Assembly (NCBI GenBank): GCA_964539665.1
Contig: CAZIKB010000001.1
Span: forward strand, 100,014-164,013
Direction of reading: 5' to 3'
From: an uncultured Cytophagia bacterium
GTDB taxonomy: Bacteria > Zhuqueibacterota > Zhuqueibacteria > Oceanimicrobiales > Oceanimicrobiaceae
Length of the DNA stretch: 64,000 nt
The notes under the pieces are model-generated. The model did not search any database and was not told the origin of the DNA. It worked only from the letters and a program-made list of their open reading frames with translations. Positions 29,394 to 39,559 of this stretch are shown here, one piece after another; the first letter of the stretch is position 1; each line of letters opens with the position of its first letter. A program made the translations under genes and the position numbers.

Positions 29394-29416
29394 ATTAATT
29401 AACTATTTAATATTAT

Positions 29417-32400
29417 TTATCTTATTGAATAAAACTCTTTTGCAGGCCTCTTCGCCAGGCTTTGTAAAAACTTACGTATAAAAAAGAGTTTATTGTTAAT
29501 TTCAGGCTCAAAAAGTAAGCGGAGACCCAGATTTTCATTTTGAACAAATTCAAAAGGATTAGCAGCATTTACCACCATTGAACCCAACCAATTTTTAAAT
29601 GGTTCCCCATTTATATTTAAAATGTTTGGTGTAAATTCTGCCACCATTTCTCTTTCAGTAATCATTATCTTTGATAAACATAAAATTTTGCCAAGTATTC
29701 TAAGAGCTAAGAAATTTAATAAATTTTCAATTGGTTCAGGTAACCGGCCAAATCGGTCTGTTAATTCTAATCTTATGTCATCCAATTGGTCCAGAAGAGT
29801 CGATTCAGTTAAGCGCCGATAAATGTCAACACGTTCAGCGCTGTCCTCAATATAATTGTCCGGAATGTAAGCATCTGTATCGACTTCTACTTGTGTCTCT
29901 ATTTCGGATACAATTTCATCCTCCGGGATTTTTTCCTTTTTAAGTTCATTCACTGCTTCATCTAAAATTTTATTATAAAGATCAAACCCCAGAGTATCGA
30001 TAAAGCCGGACTGCTCAGCTCCCAACATATTCCCCGCACCTCTTATTTCCAGATCTCGCATAGCAAGTTGGCTCCCGGAACCAATTTCAGAAAACTCCTC
30101 GATAGCGCGTAACCGCATCAATGCATCATCTGTGAGTATCTCAATTGGGGGGATAAGCAAATAGGCATAAGCTCTGTGGTGCGATCGACCGACTCTCCCT
30201 CGTAGTTGATAAAGCTGAGCTAATCCTAATTTATCAGCCCGATTAATTATAATAGTATTCACGTTTGGCATGTCTAAACCTGATTCGATAATCATGGTTG
30301 AAACCAAAATTTCATATTTCTTTTCCATGAATTCAATCATGACATGCTCTAATTCTTTCTCATGCATCTGGCCGTGAGCGACAACCACTTTTGCTTCAGG
30401 AATTAAGTTGCTCAACATGGTGGCCATACGATCAATAGTGCGAACGCGGTTGTGCACAAAAAACACCTGCCCCCCTCGATCTATCTCACGCAGAATCACC
30501 TCACGTATATATGGTTTATTTAAAGGCAAGATCTCTGTCTCAATTGGTAACCGATTTCTTGGCGCTGTGTTGATATTTGTGATATCTCTGGCGCCCATTA
30601 AAGAAAGATAAAGAGTACGGGGAATTGGCGTAGCAGTAAGTGTGAGAACGTCAACATTTGTCCTTAGTCTTTTTAATCGTTCTTTATGTCGAACGCCAAA
30701 CCTTTGTTCTTCGTCAATTATCAAAAGCCCAAGGTCCTTGAATGAAACATCCTTAGATAGAATTCGGTGCGTTCCGATAACAATGTCAACCTGTCCATTT
30801 TTTGTTTTATCAACAATCTTTTTTTGTTCAGCTTTGGTTCGAAACCTTGAAAGCATTTCTACCTGAATTGGAAATTTTTCTAACCGCTCTGCAAATGTAA
30901 CATTGTGTTGCTGCGCTAAGATGGTAGTAGGAACGAGCATTGCGACCTGTTTACCATTTAAAACCGCTTTAAAAGCGGCACGCACGGCGATCTCGGTTTT
31001 ACCAAATCCCACATCTCCACAGACCAAACGATCCATTGGTTTATTGCTTTCCATGTCATTCTTTACATCCATGGTGGCTTTCAACTGGTCGGGAGTATCT
31101 TCATAAGGAAAGGACGCTTCCAACTCTCTTTGCCACAGAGTGTCTTCCGTAAAAGCTAGTCCCGTTTGGGCCTTTCGCTTCGCATAAATTTCGATTAATT
31201 CCTGAGCAATATCTTTTATCTTCTTTTTTGTTCTGCTTTTCAAGCGCTGCCATTCTGAACTACCAAGTTTGCTAAGCGTTGCCTGCATGCCATCTTTTGA
31301 AGAATATTTATGTACCCGGTCCATTCTTTCAACTCGTACATAAAGATTATCGCCATCTTTATATTCAAGGTGCAGGCATTCTCTTTCATTTCCTCTGACT
31401 TTAATTTTCTTCAATCCCCGAAACACGCCAATTCCGAAATCAACATGAACGACAAAATCACCAATATTTAAATATTTAAGCTGTTTCTGTGACAAGCCTT
31501 GATGAGATTTTCGTGGCAGCCGCAGTCTTTTAGTTCGGCCATAGAACTGATGATCTGTAATTATAGCTATGTTACCATCAGGAAAAATAAAACCATGATG
31601 AAGCCCCAAGGTACCAACGGCTAAATTAGGAAACATCATTTCTTCTTCAGTGAATATTTCTTCCATACGCGTAGCGTGATTTCGGTTATCACAAAGAAAG
31701 AAAATCACCGGCTCTTTTGTATGGCCCTTCAATTTTTCCCGGTTGAGCTCATCAATGGATTGTCTGAATAGTTGTAAATTTCCCTTAAATGTTCCAGGAT
31801 CTTTCGCGTTCAAATTAATTAAATTGGCATAATCCTTTCCAATTGAAACGAAGCAAACATGTTTGAATTTTTCAACTTGGTCAATAATTCTTTTCCAACA
31901 GGAATCATCTTTAATATCTGAGTCACTATCACTATAATCTAAATCGTATTCTGTTGAGGGTGATGCTTCCCCTGTCACTCTTTTTCTAATTAATTCGGGT
32001 TCATCCAGGACCACCACCGCATTGCTGCTCAGATAATCCAGTAAATTGGCTTGCTTTTGGGGGGGCTTTCCTGAGAGATTTCCCTGACTTGATGAGTTAA
32101 AATCCTGAAGATATATTTGTATCTGATTTATTTTTTCCAATGATCTTTGGGTTGCTGGATCAAATTTTCTTATTGATTCAATCATATCTCCCCAAAACTC
32201 TATACGGAAAGGATGATCAGAAGAAAATGGAAAAACATCTACAATGCCCCCCCTTACACTCATTTCACCTGAACGTTCTACTCTTGATTCCCGCGTAAAT
32301 CCTAAATCAATCAATTTTGTAATCAGTCTGTCAAATTCTAAATCATCACTAACTTTAATTGAGATTTTTTGAAACAAATAGCTTTTAGGAACAGGCAAAT

Positions 32401-32794
32401 CGTAGAACAATCCTTCACTCTGAACCACGATTACTTTGGGTTGACCTTCCGTCAAAGATTCTAATGCCGAAAGTCTTTCTGTTTTCGCCAGATGGCTTGA
32501 AAAATGTAAGGCAAATTTATTTATTGATCTTGCTGGGAAATATGATACAAAAGCCTTGCCCAATAACGTTTCCACTTCTTCTTTAACAGTTTCTGCTTCA
32601 GCTAAATCTGAACAGACATAAAATATTTGCCTGGAAAACTTTTTAAAAAAATTCACCAGTAAAAGTGATTTTAAAGCCCCCACCGTTCCTTTAATGTTTA
32701 TCTTCTGCTCACTTAATAGTAACTCGTTCGCCTGAATTACAGAGGGTGACCTTTGAACAATATTAATTAATCTTTCCGCAACACTCATCGACAA
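29417..32794 (-). CDS. mfd: transcription-repair coupling factor
   Basis: 1125 aa with CarD-like GDFVVHVDFGIGVF and helicase motifs GDVGFGKTEIA, LLIIDEEQRFG, LTLTATPIPRTL and QLRGRVGRS. Confidence 0.95.
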   Translation of the reverse strand: MSMSVAERLINIVQRSPSVIQANELLLSEQKINIKGTVGALKSLLLVNFFKKFSRQIFYVCSDLAEAETVKEEVETLLGKAFVSYFPARSINKFALHFSSHLAKTERLSALESLTEGQPKVIVVQSEGLFYDLPVPKSYLFQKISIKVSDDLEFDRLITKLIDLGFTRESRVERSGEMSVRGGIVDVFPFSSDHPFRIEFWGDMIESIRKFDPATQRSLEKINQIQIYLQDFNSSSQGNLSGKPPQKQANLLDYLSSNAVVVLDEPELIRKRVTGEASPSTEYDLDYSDSDSDIKDDSCWKRIIDQVEKFKHVCFVSIGKDYANLINLNAKDPGTFKGNLQLFRQSIDELNREKLKGHTKEPVIFFLCDNRNHATRMEEIFTEEEMMFPNLAVGTLGLHHGFIFPDGNIAIITDHQFYGRTKRLRLPRKSHQGLSQKQLKYLNIGDFVVHVDFGIGVFRGLKKIKVRGNERECLHLEYKDGDNLYVRVERMDRVHKYSSKDGMQATLSKLGSSEWQRLKSRTKKKIKDIAQELIEIYAKRKAQTGLAFTEDTLWQRELEASFPYEDTPDQLKATMDVKNDMESNKPMDRLVCGDVGFGKTEIAVRAAFKAVLNGKQVAMLVPTTILAQQHNVTFAERLEKFPIQVEMLSRFRTKAEQKKIVDKTKNGQVDIVIGTHRILSKDVSFKDLGLLIIDEEQRFGVRHKERLKRLRTNVDVLTLTATPIPRTLYLSLMGARDITNINTAPRNRLPIETEILPLNKPYIREVILREIDRGGQVFFVHNRVRTIDRMATMLSNLIPEAKVVVAHGQMHEKELEHVMIEFMEKKYEILVSTMIIESGLDMPNVNTIIINRADKLGLAQLYQLRGRVGRSHHRAYAYLLIPPIEILTDDALMRLRAIEEFSEIGSGSQLAMRDLEIRGAGNMLGAEQSGFIDTLGFDLYNKILDEAVNELKKEKIPEDEIVSEIETQVEVDTDAYIPDNYIEDSAERVDIYRRLTESTLLDQLDDIRLELTDRFGRLPEPIENLLNFLALRILGKILCLSKIMITEREMVAEFTPNILNINGEPFKNWLGSMVVNAANPFEFVQNENLGLRLLFEPEINNKLFFIRKFLQSLAKRPAKEFYSIR

Positions 32795-32809
32795 ACATTT
32801 CCTGAAATG

Positions 32810-33505
32810 TCATTTTCGGACAAAAACTATCTTTTGATTTCGGGTTCTATCAGAGACTCTAAAAGGCATGGAATTAATTTCTATTTGTGCTTGCGGCCAT
32901 TTTAAAGCAAAAACCTTCACTTCTTCAGCTAATTTTGACCCTTTGGTTGCAGCGAGCAAGCCTCCTGGTTTAAGAAAGGCCCGTGCCCAATTATAAAGAA
33001 CCGGCAATTCGGCCACCGCTCTACTCACAACCACATCAAACTTGTTTTTAAATTCAGTCATCTCTCCTGCATCTTCTGCTCGTTTACACAAAACCTCTGC
33101 ATTGTTAAGATTTAATGTTTTAATCAGGCTATTTAAAAACAGCGCTTTCATTCGTTTCGAATCCAGCAGCATCAATTCTATGTCTGGATTTATTATTTTT
33201 AAAGGTACTCCCGGAAATCCCCCGCCTGAGCCTAAATCTAAAACGGACACCGGTCCTTTTAATTCCTCAAAAAAGGAAAAGGCCGACGATTCCAGGAAGT
33301 GTCTTTCAATAATTCGCGTTTCGTCGTTCTTTGAAATTAAATTTACCCGACAATTCCAGCTTATTATTTCATGGTAAAATTGCTTGAATTGATTCAATTG
33401 ATAATCTGAAAGTTGAATGCCAACTTCCTTAAATATCCTGAACAATTCAGAAACATCTAACTTGCAAAAATTTACTTTGTCCCCCTTATGTTTCACGTGA
33501 AACAT
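32810..33505 (-). CDS. rsmG: 16S rRNA (guanine527-N7)-methyltransferase
   Basis: 231-aa ORF with WNCRVNLIS, HFLES and SAM motif VLDLGSGGGFPGVPLKI. The only upstream ATG lies inside the parS palindrome. Confidence 0.9.
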   Translation of the reverse strand: MFHVKHKGDKVNFCKLDVSELFRIFKEVGIQLSDYQLNQFKQFYHEIISWNCRVNLISKNDETRIIERHFLESSAFSFFEELKGPVSVLDLGSGGGFPGVPLKIINPDIELMLLDSKRMKALFLNSLIKTLNLNNAEVLCKRAEDAGEMTEFKNKFDVVVSRAVAELPVLYNWARAFLKPGGLLAATKGSKLAEEVKVFALKWPQAQIEINSMPFRVSDRTRNQKIVFVRK

Positions 33506-35390
33506 TTTCTGAGTGCGGCTTACTTAAATGCACCAAAAGTATAGATATGTCAGCGGGCGACACCCCTGAAATTCTCGCGGCCTGACCGATTGATTGCGGT
33601 TGAATTTTGTGTAATTTCTCACGAGCTTCAGCAGAGAGTGCCCGCATGGATAAATAGTCCATTTTGGGTGGTATTGATTTCAACTCTAATTGCTGTATTC
33701 GTTCCGCTTGATTTTTTTGTCTGAGTATAAAACCCTCATATTTTATTTCAATTTCCACCTGCTCTCGCACTCGATCCCACTCTTTGTCTTTCCAATTATT
33801 CAGGAGTTCCATTCGGTTTAATCCACTAAAGTCACACATTCTAACTTCTGGTCGCTTTAATAGTTTTAAAGGGGCCTCCTTTTCTGAAACAGGAGAAGAG
33901 CCTATTTTAGTTAATATGGGGTTGATGGTTTCAGGCGCTATTTTATATTTCTTTAATTCATCTAAAGAATCTTGAATCCGGGTTCTTTTAACACACATTT
34001 TTTGGTAACTCTCTGACGAGATAAGTCCTTTTGAATATCCATACTCCATTAGCCTCAAATCCGCATTATCCTGACGCAATAGTAGTCTGTGCTCAGCCCT
34101 GGAAGTAAACATTCGGTACGGTTCAATTGTGCCCTTGGTTACTAAATCATCAATTAAAACTCCAATATATGCTTCTGAACGATCTAAAATAAACGGTGAC
34201 TCCTGGCGGCATTTCAGAACCGCATTTACTCCGGCCATAAAACCCTGGCCGGCAGCCTCCTCATAGCCGGTTGTACCATTAATTTGTCCCGCAAAAAACA
34301 GGTTTTCAACAACTTTCGTTTCCATGTTCGGATTAATCTGTGTCGGCGGAAAATAGTCGTACTCAACTGCGTAACCCGGGCGCGTTACTTTTACTTTTTC
34401 AAGTCCCGCAATTGTTCTGATTGACTCTACCTGAATATCTTCAGGCAAACTCGTGGAAAAACCATTAACATACATTTCGTTTGTTTCTCTGCCCTCGGGT
34501 TCCAAAAATATTTGATGTCTGTCCTTGTCAGCAAATCGATTTATCTTGTCTTCTACTGATGGGCAGTAACGCGGTCCCACCCCTTTTATCCTGCCTCTAA
34601 ATAAAGGTGATCGATCAAATCCTTTACGTAATATTTCATGGGTCTTTGAATTTGTGTAAGTCAAATAACATGGTACTTGCTCCAATTCCAGAGACTCGTG
34701 TTGATGGGAAAATGGTACGGGGGTTTCATCGCCAGGTTGAATTTCTGTTTTTGTAAAATCGACCGTTTTGCCATCGATTCGAGGCGGAGTGCCGGTTTTT
34801 AATCGGCTTGCTTCCAGACCCAGTTTCACTAAACACTCGGTCAAACCATGAGCTGAAAACTCACCTGCTCTACCGGACGGATATTGTACTTCTCCAATGT
34901 GAATAATCCCGTTTAAAAAAGTACCCGCGGTTAAAATTACAGCCCTGGATTTAATAAAACAGCCCGTTCCGGTCCAGACTCCACATGCTTTCTGGTTTTT
35001 AATTTCTATCGCTATTCCCATACCCTGTCTCAGATCTAAATCTTTTTGGCTTTCACACGCTTGCCGAATTCTCTTGGCGTAATGTTCTCGATCACATTGC
35101 GCCCTCGGAGACCAAACCGCCGGTCCTTTTGAGCGATTCAGCATGCGGAATTGAATTCCAGTAACATCCGTTGCCACACCCATCTCGCCACCCAAGGAGT
35201 CAATCTCTTTAACCAACTGCCCCTTAGCCAATCCTCCGATTGCTGGATTACACGACATTTGCCCTATGGTATAAATGTTCATAGTTAAAAGCATGGTTTT
35301 AGCACCCATTCGGGCAGATACCAGAGCGGCTTCCGTTCCAGCGTGCCCGCCACCTACGACAATTATATCATAAATATCTACTGCGTTCAT
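33486..35390 (-). CDS. mnmG: tRNA uridine-5-carboxymethylaminomethyl synthesis enzyme MnmG (GidA)
   Basis: FAD motif DIIVVGGGHAGTEAA with full-length GidA-like sequence. Start moved from 35432 to the ATG at 35390 (MNAVDIYDIIVVGGG). Confidence 0.95.
   Translation of the reverse strand: MNAVDIYDIIVVGGGHAGTEAALVSARMGAKTMLLTMNIYTIGQMSCNPAIGGLAKGQLVKEIDSLGGEMGVATDVTGIQFRMLNRSKGPAVWSPRAQCDREHYAKRIRQACESQKDLDLRQGMGIAIEIKNQKACGVWTGTGCFIKSRAVILTAGTFLNGIIHIGEVQYPSGRAGEFSAHGLTECLVKLGLEASRLKTGTPPRIDGKTVDFTKTEIQPGDETPVPFSHQHESLELEQVPCYLTYTNSKTHEILRKGFDRSPLFRGRIKGVGPRYCPSVEDKINRFADKDRHQIFLEPEGRETNEMYVNGFSTSLPEDIQVESIRTIAGLEKVKVTRPGYAVEYDYFPPTQINPNMETKVVENLFFAGQINGTTGYEEAAGQGFMAGVNAVLKCRQESPFILDRSEAYIGVLIDDLVTKGTIEPYRMFTSRAEHRLLLRQDNADLRLMEYGYSKGLISSESYQKMCVKRTRIQDSLDELKKYKIAPETINPILTKIGSSPVSEKEAPLKLLKRPEVRMCDFSGLNRMELLNNWKDKEWDRVREQVEIEIKYEGFILRQKNQAERIQQLELKSIPPKMDYLSMRALSAEAREKLHKIQPQSIGQAARISGVSPADISILLVHLSKPHSENVSRET
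33488..33505. other. parS: parS (ParB/Spo0J-binding centromere-like site), copy 1
   Basis: Exact 18-bp palindrome ATGTTTCACGTGAAACAT. The central 16 nt equal the palindromic form of consensus TGTTNCACGTGAAACA. Origin-proximal. Confidence 0.85.
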
Positions 35391-35473
35391 TTTTATATTC
35401 ACCGCTCTTAACTTTCGTTTTTTCGCCTTCACCCTTTATAACTTAGACATTTGGATTTATAATGCCTCCCGAA

Positions 35474-35491
35474 ATGTTTCACGTGAAACAT
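35474..35491. other. parS: parS (ParB/Spo0J-binding centromere-like site), copy 2
   Basis: Second exact copy of ATGTTTCACGTGAAACAT, 4 nt below the mnmE stop codon and 83 nt upstream of the mnmG ATG. Confidence 0.85.
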
Positions 35492-35495
35492 GTTG

Positions 35496-36947
35496 TCATT
35501 TTCCGATGCAAAATTTTGAAAATATGTTTCCGAGAATGTCTTCTGTTGTTACTTCTCCGATTATTTCGCCTAAACATTTCAATGCTTCTCGTATATCCAG
35601 AGCAATAAACTCTGCAGACAAACCCTTTTTTAAAGAATCAAGTGCAAGGTTTAATGAATCAACAGCTCTCTCAAGCCGCAGTTTTTGTCTCATGTTGGTT
35701 ATTAAGGGTTCGTCACTTTCTATACTTGACTCGCCAAAAGATAGTTGTACGATACTCTCTTCTAATTCTTTCAGACCCGACTTGTATTTAGCAGAAATTT
35801 CTAAAACTGGATATTCCCCTACTTTCTTTTTAATATCAATTGGAGTAATCTTTGGCTCCAGATCGATTTTATTTAAAGCAGCAATAAATGCATTTCTTCC
35901 GTTCCACAATTCCTTCTTTATAGAAAAAACCTGTTCAATTAAATCGGAATCCAAATTGTCCAGTTTTTGCGAGGCGTCGAAAACAAATAAAATAATATCG
36001 GCCTGTTTGATCTGGATCAAAGTTCTGGCGACCCCCTCCTGTTCAATTATCTCTTGTGTGTTCTGAAAACCAGCACTATCGACCACTCGGAAAAAAGCAC
36101 CGTTCAAATTTAATTGCTCTTCTAAAACGTCACGAGTTGTACCAGGAATGTCTGTGACAATTGCACGTTCTTCATTTAAAAGAGCGTTCAGCAAACTTGA
36201 TTTACCAACATTCGGCTTGCCAATAATTACAAGTTTTGCCCCTTCTCTTAAAATTTTTCCTCGCCTGTATGATTTAATAAAACATTCTATTTCCTTTACA
36301 ATTACAATTATTTTTCTTTTCAACTCGCCTTTCTCAGTAAACTCAATGTCTTCGTCACTAAAATCTAACTCTAGTTCTATTATGGAACAAAGGTCGATTA
36401 ATTTCTGTCGCAGTTTTTGAACGCGTTGAGACAAGTCCCCCTGAAACTGATACATGGCAGCTTTTAAACTTAAATCAGTTTTTGCCCGAATAATATCCGC
36501 AACAGCTTCCGCTTGAGTTAAATCCATTCGGCCGTTTAAAAATGCGCGTAAGGTAAACTCTCCGGGTTCTGCTAACCTGGCGCCTTGCTGTATCAGTTGT
36601 TCAATTATCTTTCTGCTTAGCAGCATGCTACCATGACAACCAATCTCGACAACGTCTTCTTTTGTATATGATTTTGGAGACTTAAAAACTGTGAGGACTA
36701 CTTCATCAACAAAATTATTGCGGCTGTCAGTATTTGGAAAGGAATCATTGTTTTCTTTGCATTCATGAGGTAAAATAATTTTGCCTAATAACGCTTTGTG
36801 GGACTCCGCCTCTATTAATTTGATCTTACTTTGAAATATTGTATCAACCATTTCAATAGCTGAGGCTCCGCTCACTCTTAATACGGCAATTCCGCCAGTG
36901 CCTGGTGGGGTTGAAATAGCGGCGATAGTGTCTTTCTGATAATACAT
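35496..36947 (-). CDS. mnmE: tRNA modification GTPase MnmE (TrmE)
   Basis: G-domain GKPNVGKSSLLNAL, DIPGTTRD, NKIDL and C-terminal FCIGK. Start moved from 37004 to the ATG at 36947 (MYYQKDTIAAISTPPG). Confidence 0.95.
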   Translation of the reverse strand: MYYQKDTIAAISTPPGTGGIAVLRVSGASAIEMVDTIFQSKIKLIEAESHKALLGKIILPHECKENNDSFPNTDSRNNFVDEVVLTVFKSPKSYTKEDVVEIGCHGSMLLSRKIIEQLIQQGARLAEPGEFTLRAFLNGRMDLTQAEAVADIIRAKTDLSLKAAMYQFQGDLSQRVQKLRQKLIDLCSIIELELDFSDEDIEFTEKGELKRKIIVIVKEIECFIKSYRRGKILREGAKLVIIGKPNVGKSSLLNALLNEERAIVTDIPGTTRDVLEEQLNLNGAFFRVVDSAGFQNTQEIIEQEGVARTLIQIKQADIILFVFDASQKLDNLDSDLIEQVFSIKKELWNGRNAFIAALNKIDLEPKITPIDIKKKVGEYPVLEISAKYKSGLKELEESIVQLSFGESSIESDEPLITNMRQKLRLERAVDSLNLALDSLKKGLSAEFIALDIREALKCLGEIIGEVTTEDILGNIFSKFCIGK

Positions 36948-37055
36948 ATCAAAATTATTGGTGTTAACAAAACAGCCCCGCACAAATGGCAGGGCCCTAC
37001 TCACGATGAAAAGATTATACTCGTTGTTTTTTAAACTTAAGTCATTATTTTTTAA

Positions 37056-38828
37056 TTATTTGTGGAACCTTCCCTTATAATCGTGCTTTATTCTTCTCTT
37101 TTTTGTTTTTGTACTTGTTCCTTCCAGGGTCACTTTTGGCTTTGAAGGTATAAATTTTTCCTGAATTATTGAAAATAAATTAAACAAGGCATAGTATAAA
37201 TTTAAACCAGAAGGAAAACTATTAAATAACAATGTCATGAAGATCGGCATCATATAAACCATGGCTTTCTGCTTTGGGTCTTTCATGGATATTTTTTGCT
37301 GAATAAACATAGTGATCCCCATAAAAAGCGGTAAGATATTTACCGTATTACCGTAAAGCGGTACTGAAAAAGGCAGCAAGGCAATTGTGTCTGGTCTGGA
37401 TAAATCTGTGATCCACCAGATAAAAGGCGCTTGGCGCAATTGAATGGTAGAACGGAAAACAGTAAATAAGGCAATTAGAAGGGGCATTTGTAATATCATC
37501 GGAATACAACCACCAAGTGGATTTACGCCATGCTCCTTGTAAAGCTTCATCGTCTCTTTCTGTTTTTTCTGTGCATCACTTTTGTATTTCTCATTTAATT
37601 CCTGCATTAAGGGCTGTAAATTCTGCATCGCCTTCATAGACTGATAGCTTTTCTTGGTGAGAGGATACAGTACTATCTTAATCAGGATGGAAAATATAAT
37701 TATTATAAATCCATAGTTTGGAATGACTTTTCGCAGGCCATTGAAACTCCAGAGAATAATTTTAGCAAAAGGACGGAAAAGAGTCCATCCTAAATCCATC
37801 ATCACTTCTAAATTGATATTGTAGCTCTTTACAATATCATAATCGAGCGGTCCAAAATATAATTTGAAATTGTTTTTGCTTACCCTTTGATTATTAAAAA
37901 GCAATTTCAGATCAAATCCATATTTTTTCCACTTTTCTTCATGTCCCACATCTATTTGTTCGGCTTGAAGTTTAACGGCCTCCGCTTTTACCTCATCCGG
38001 AATAACAGCTACAGTAAAATATTTAGTTCTAATGGCAACCCAATCTATAGAACCACGCCATTGTTGGGGATCAAAATCATTTGTTGCATCAAATTCATTT
38101 TTTCCATCACCGATATAGGCGTAGGCTTTTGCATTCCTCATGTCTTCTTTAAAATCTGGCTCGGTGGATTCAAGACCTGAGCGCCAGGTCAAAAGATAAT
38201 AAGATCCATCAACGACACTTTCAAAGTTCCTGAACTCAACCAGCAATGAAACATCATATCTGTCATGATAAAAAGTGTAGGTTTTTTTAATTGTTTTGTA
38301 ATCATCAAAATTAAGGGTAAATTCTAATTTGTCTGTACTATCATTTTCGTATAAACTAATTTCCTTTTTATTGGCTGAAAAAACAAAAGGGCTGGTGTCA
38401 ATAGTATCTTCTTCGGTCGGCACAAGCAGCGCTAAATTGCCCTGACCGTTTTCTCCTATTAATTGTACATAAGGACCGTCACTGAGAAAATATTCTTTCA
38501 GCTCCCAGGAAACAACAGAGGCTCCTTTAGTTGAAAATACCGCCTTGTATAAATTTGTTTCGACAGTTATATTTTCACCGTCTCCGACTAAATTCTGATA
38601 TTTTACTGGTTCTTGAAATGTCTCTATCGTTTGAGGAGAAATACTTTCGTGTTGTTTTTCCTTAGTCGGACTAATTACTTGTTCTCTTTCAACTGTCTCG
38701 CGTGGTTGCTGCTCCACGGTTGGACTGGGTGGAGGCAAAAAGTTGTCTTTGTAAAAATCTGATTGGAGAAAAATTAAAATTAATCCAATTAGTAGAAACG
38801 CTAAAATTGTTTTCTTATCAAATTCCAT
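37056..38828 (-). CDS. yidC: membrane protein insertase YidC
   Basis: 590 aa with an N-terminal TM, a large periplasmic domain and a C-terminal 5-TM insertase core (YPLTKKSYQSMKAMQNLQPLMQELNEKYK). Confidence 0.92.
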   Translation of the reverse strand: MEFDKKTILAFLLIGLILIFLQSDFYKDNFLPPPSPTVEQQPRETVEREQVISPTKEKQHESISPQTIETFQEPVKYQNLVGDGENITVETNLYKAVFSTKGASVVSWELKEYFLSDGPYVQLIGENGQGNLALLVPTEEDTIDTSPFVFSANKKEISLYENDSTDKLEFTLNFDDYKTIKKTYTFYHDRYDVSLLVEFRNFESVVDGSYYLLTWRSGLESTEPDFKEDMRNAKAYAYIGDGKNEFDATNDFDPQQWRGSIDWVAIRTKYFTVAVIPDEVKAEAVKLQAEQIDVGHEEKWKKYGFDLKLLFNNQRVSKNNFKLYFGPLDYDIVKSYNINLEVMMDLGWTLFRPFAKIILWSFNGLRKVIPNYGFIIIIFSILIKIVLYPLTKKSYQSMKAMQNLQPLMQELNEKYKSDAQKKQKETMKLYKEHGVNPLGGCIPMILQMPLLIALFTVFRSTIQLRQAPFIWWITDLSRPDTIALLPFSVPLYGNTVNILPLFMGITMFIQQKISMKDPKQKAMVYMMPIFMTLLFNSFPSGLNLYYALFNLFSIIQEKFIPSKPKVTLEGTSTKTKKRRIKHDYKGRFHK

Positions 38829-38846
38829 AATTGTTTTTATACACTT

Positions 38847-39056
38847 TTAGTTTAAAGGATCAATACCACCTGGGTGAAAAGGATGACATTTAGATATTCG
38901 TTTTATACCGATCCATGTGCCCTTAAAGAAACCAAATCTATTAATTGCTTGTAATGCATATTCTGAACAGGACGGGTAAAAACGGCACGAAGGTACAAAA
39001 AGAGGAGAAATTAAATATTGATAAAGCTTGATTAATATAATACCAAAAGATTTCAT
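38847..39056 (-). CDS. yidD: membrane protein insertion efficiency factor YidD
   Basis: 69 aa with the [11 protein letters not shown] motif, between rnpA and yidC. Confidence 0.9.
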   Translation of the reverse strand: MKSFGIILIKLYQYLISPLFVPSCRFYPSCSEYALQAINRFGFFKGTWIGIKRISKCHPFHPGGIDPLN

Positions 39057-39064
39057 CCTTCTTT

Positions 39065-39400
39065 TTATCTTACTTGTTTTATTAGTTCTACTAATTCCTC
39101 AGTGAGTAATTGAAAATTTTGTTTTTCAATACCCGGCTTGGCTAATAAAATATAATTCTTGTGCTCAGGAAAAACGGCTTTATTTAATCTTAATACTTCT
39201 TTTAATCTTCTTTTCGCACGGTTTCTTTTTACGGCGCCTTTTATTTTCTTTGATACAGCTAATCCAAACTTAGTCTTTTCATCTGCCTTAACTAACACTA
39301 ATATGTTTTTAGAGTTGTATCTTTTACCATGTGTAAATATTTCTGTAAATTTCTCTGAACTCTTAATAATTTGCCGTTTATCTAAACGGAGTTTATCCAC
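39065..39400 (-). CDS. rnpA: ribonuclease P protein component
   Basis: 111 aa, basic, with RNR-type motif [15 protein letters not shown]. Lies immediately downstream of rpmH. Confidence 0.85.
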   Translation of the reverse strand: MDKLRLDKRQIIKSSEKFTEIFTHGKRYNSKNILVLVKADEKTKFGLAVSKKIKGAVKRNRAKRRLKEVLRLNKAVFPEHKNYILLAKPGIEKQNFQLLTEELVELIKQVR

Positions 39401-39415
39401 ACAAAATCCGACTGT

Positions 39416-39559
39416 TTATCTGTCACTTACTGTTAAACTTTTTCTTCCTTTGGCTCTACGACTGTTTATAATCGCTCGTCCGGCTTTAGTTTTCATTCTT
39501 GACCTAAACCCTTGTTTATTTAGCTGTTTCCGATTATGCGGTTGAAATGTTCTTTTCAT
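39416..39559 (-). CDS. rpmH: 50S ribosomal protein L34
   Basis: Not in the ORF track because it is too short. Hand translation of the minus strand gives [47 protein letters not shown] (47 aa), a typical L34. Confidence 0.9.
   Translation of the reverse strand: MKRTFQPHNRKQLNKQGFRSRMKTKAGRAIINSRRAKGRKSLTVSDR

Noticed and set aside
33488-35491. Reading the two 18-bp palindromes as transcription-factor operators or intrinsic terminators
   Set aside because: No T-tract follows either copy on the coding (minus) strand. The sequence equals the ParB parS consensus exactly, so parS is the simpler explanation, although a dual role is not excluded.
35506-36066. 186-aa plus-strand ORF antisense to mnmE
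   Set aside because: It lies entirely within a gene carrying unmistakable MnmE motifs. The product is S/I/F-rich low complexity, typical of shadow ORFs in AT-rich DNA.
39159-39545. 128-aa plus-strand ORF spanning rnpA and rpmH in antisense
   Set aside because: The minus strand encodes canonical RnpA and L34. The plus-strand product is low-complexity F/L/S-rich.
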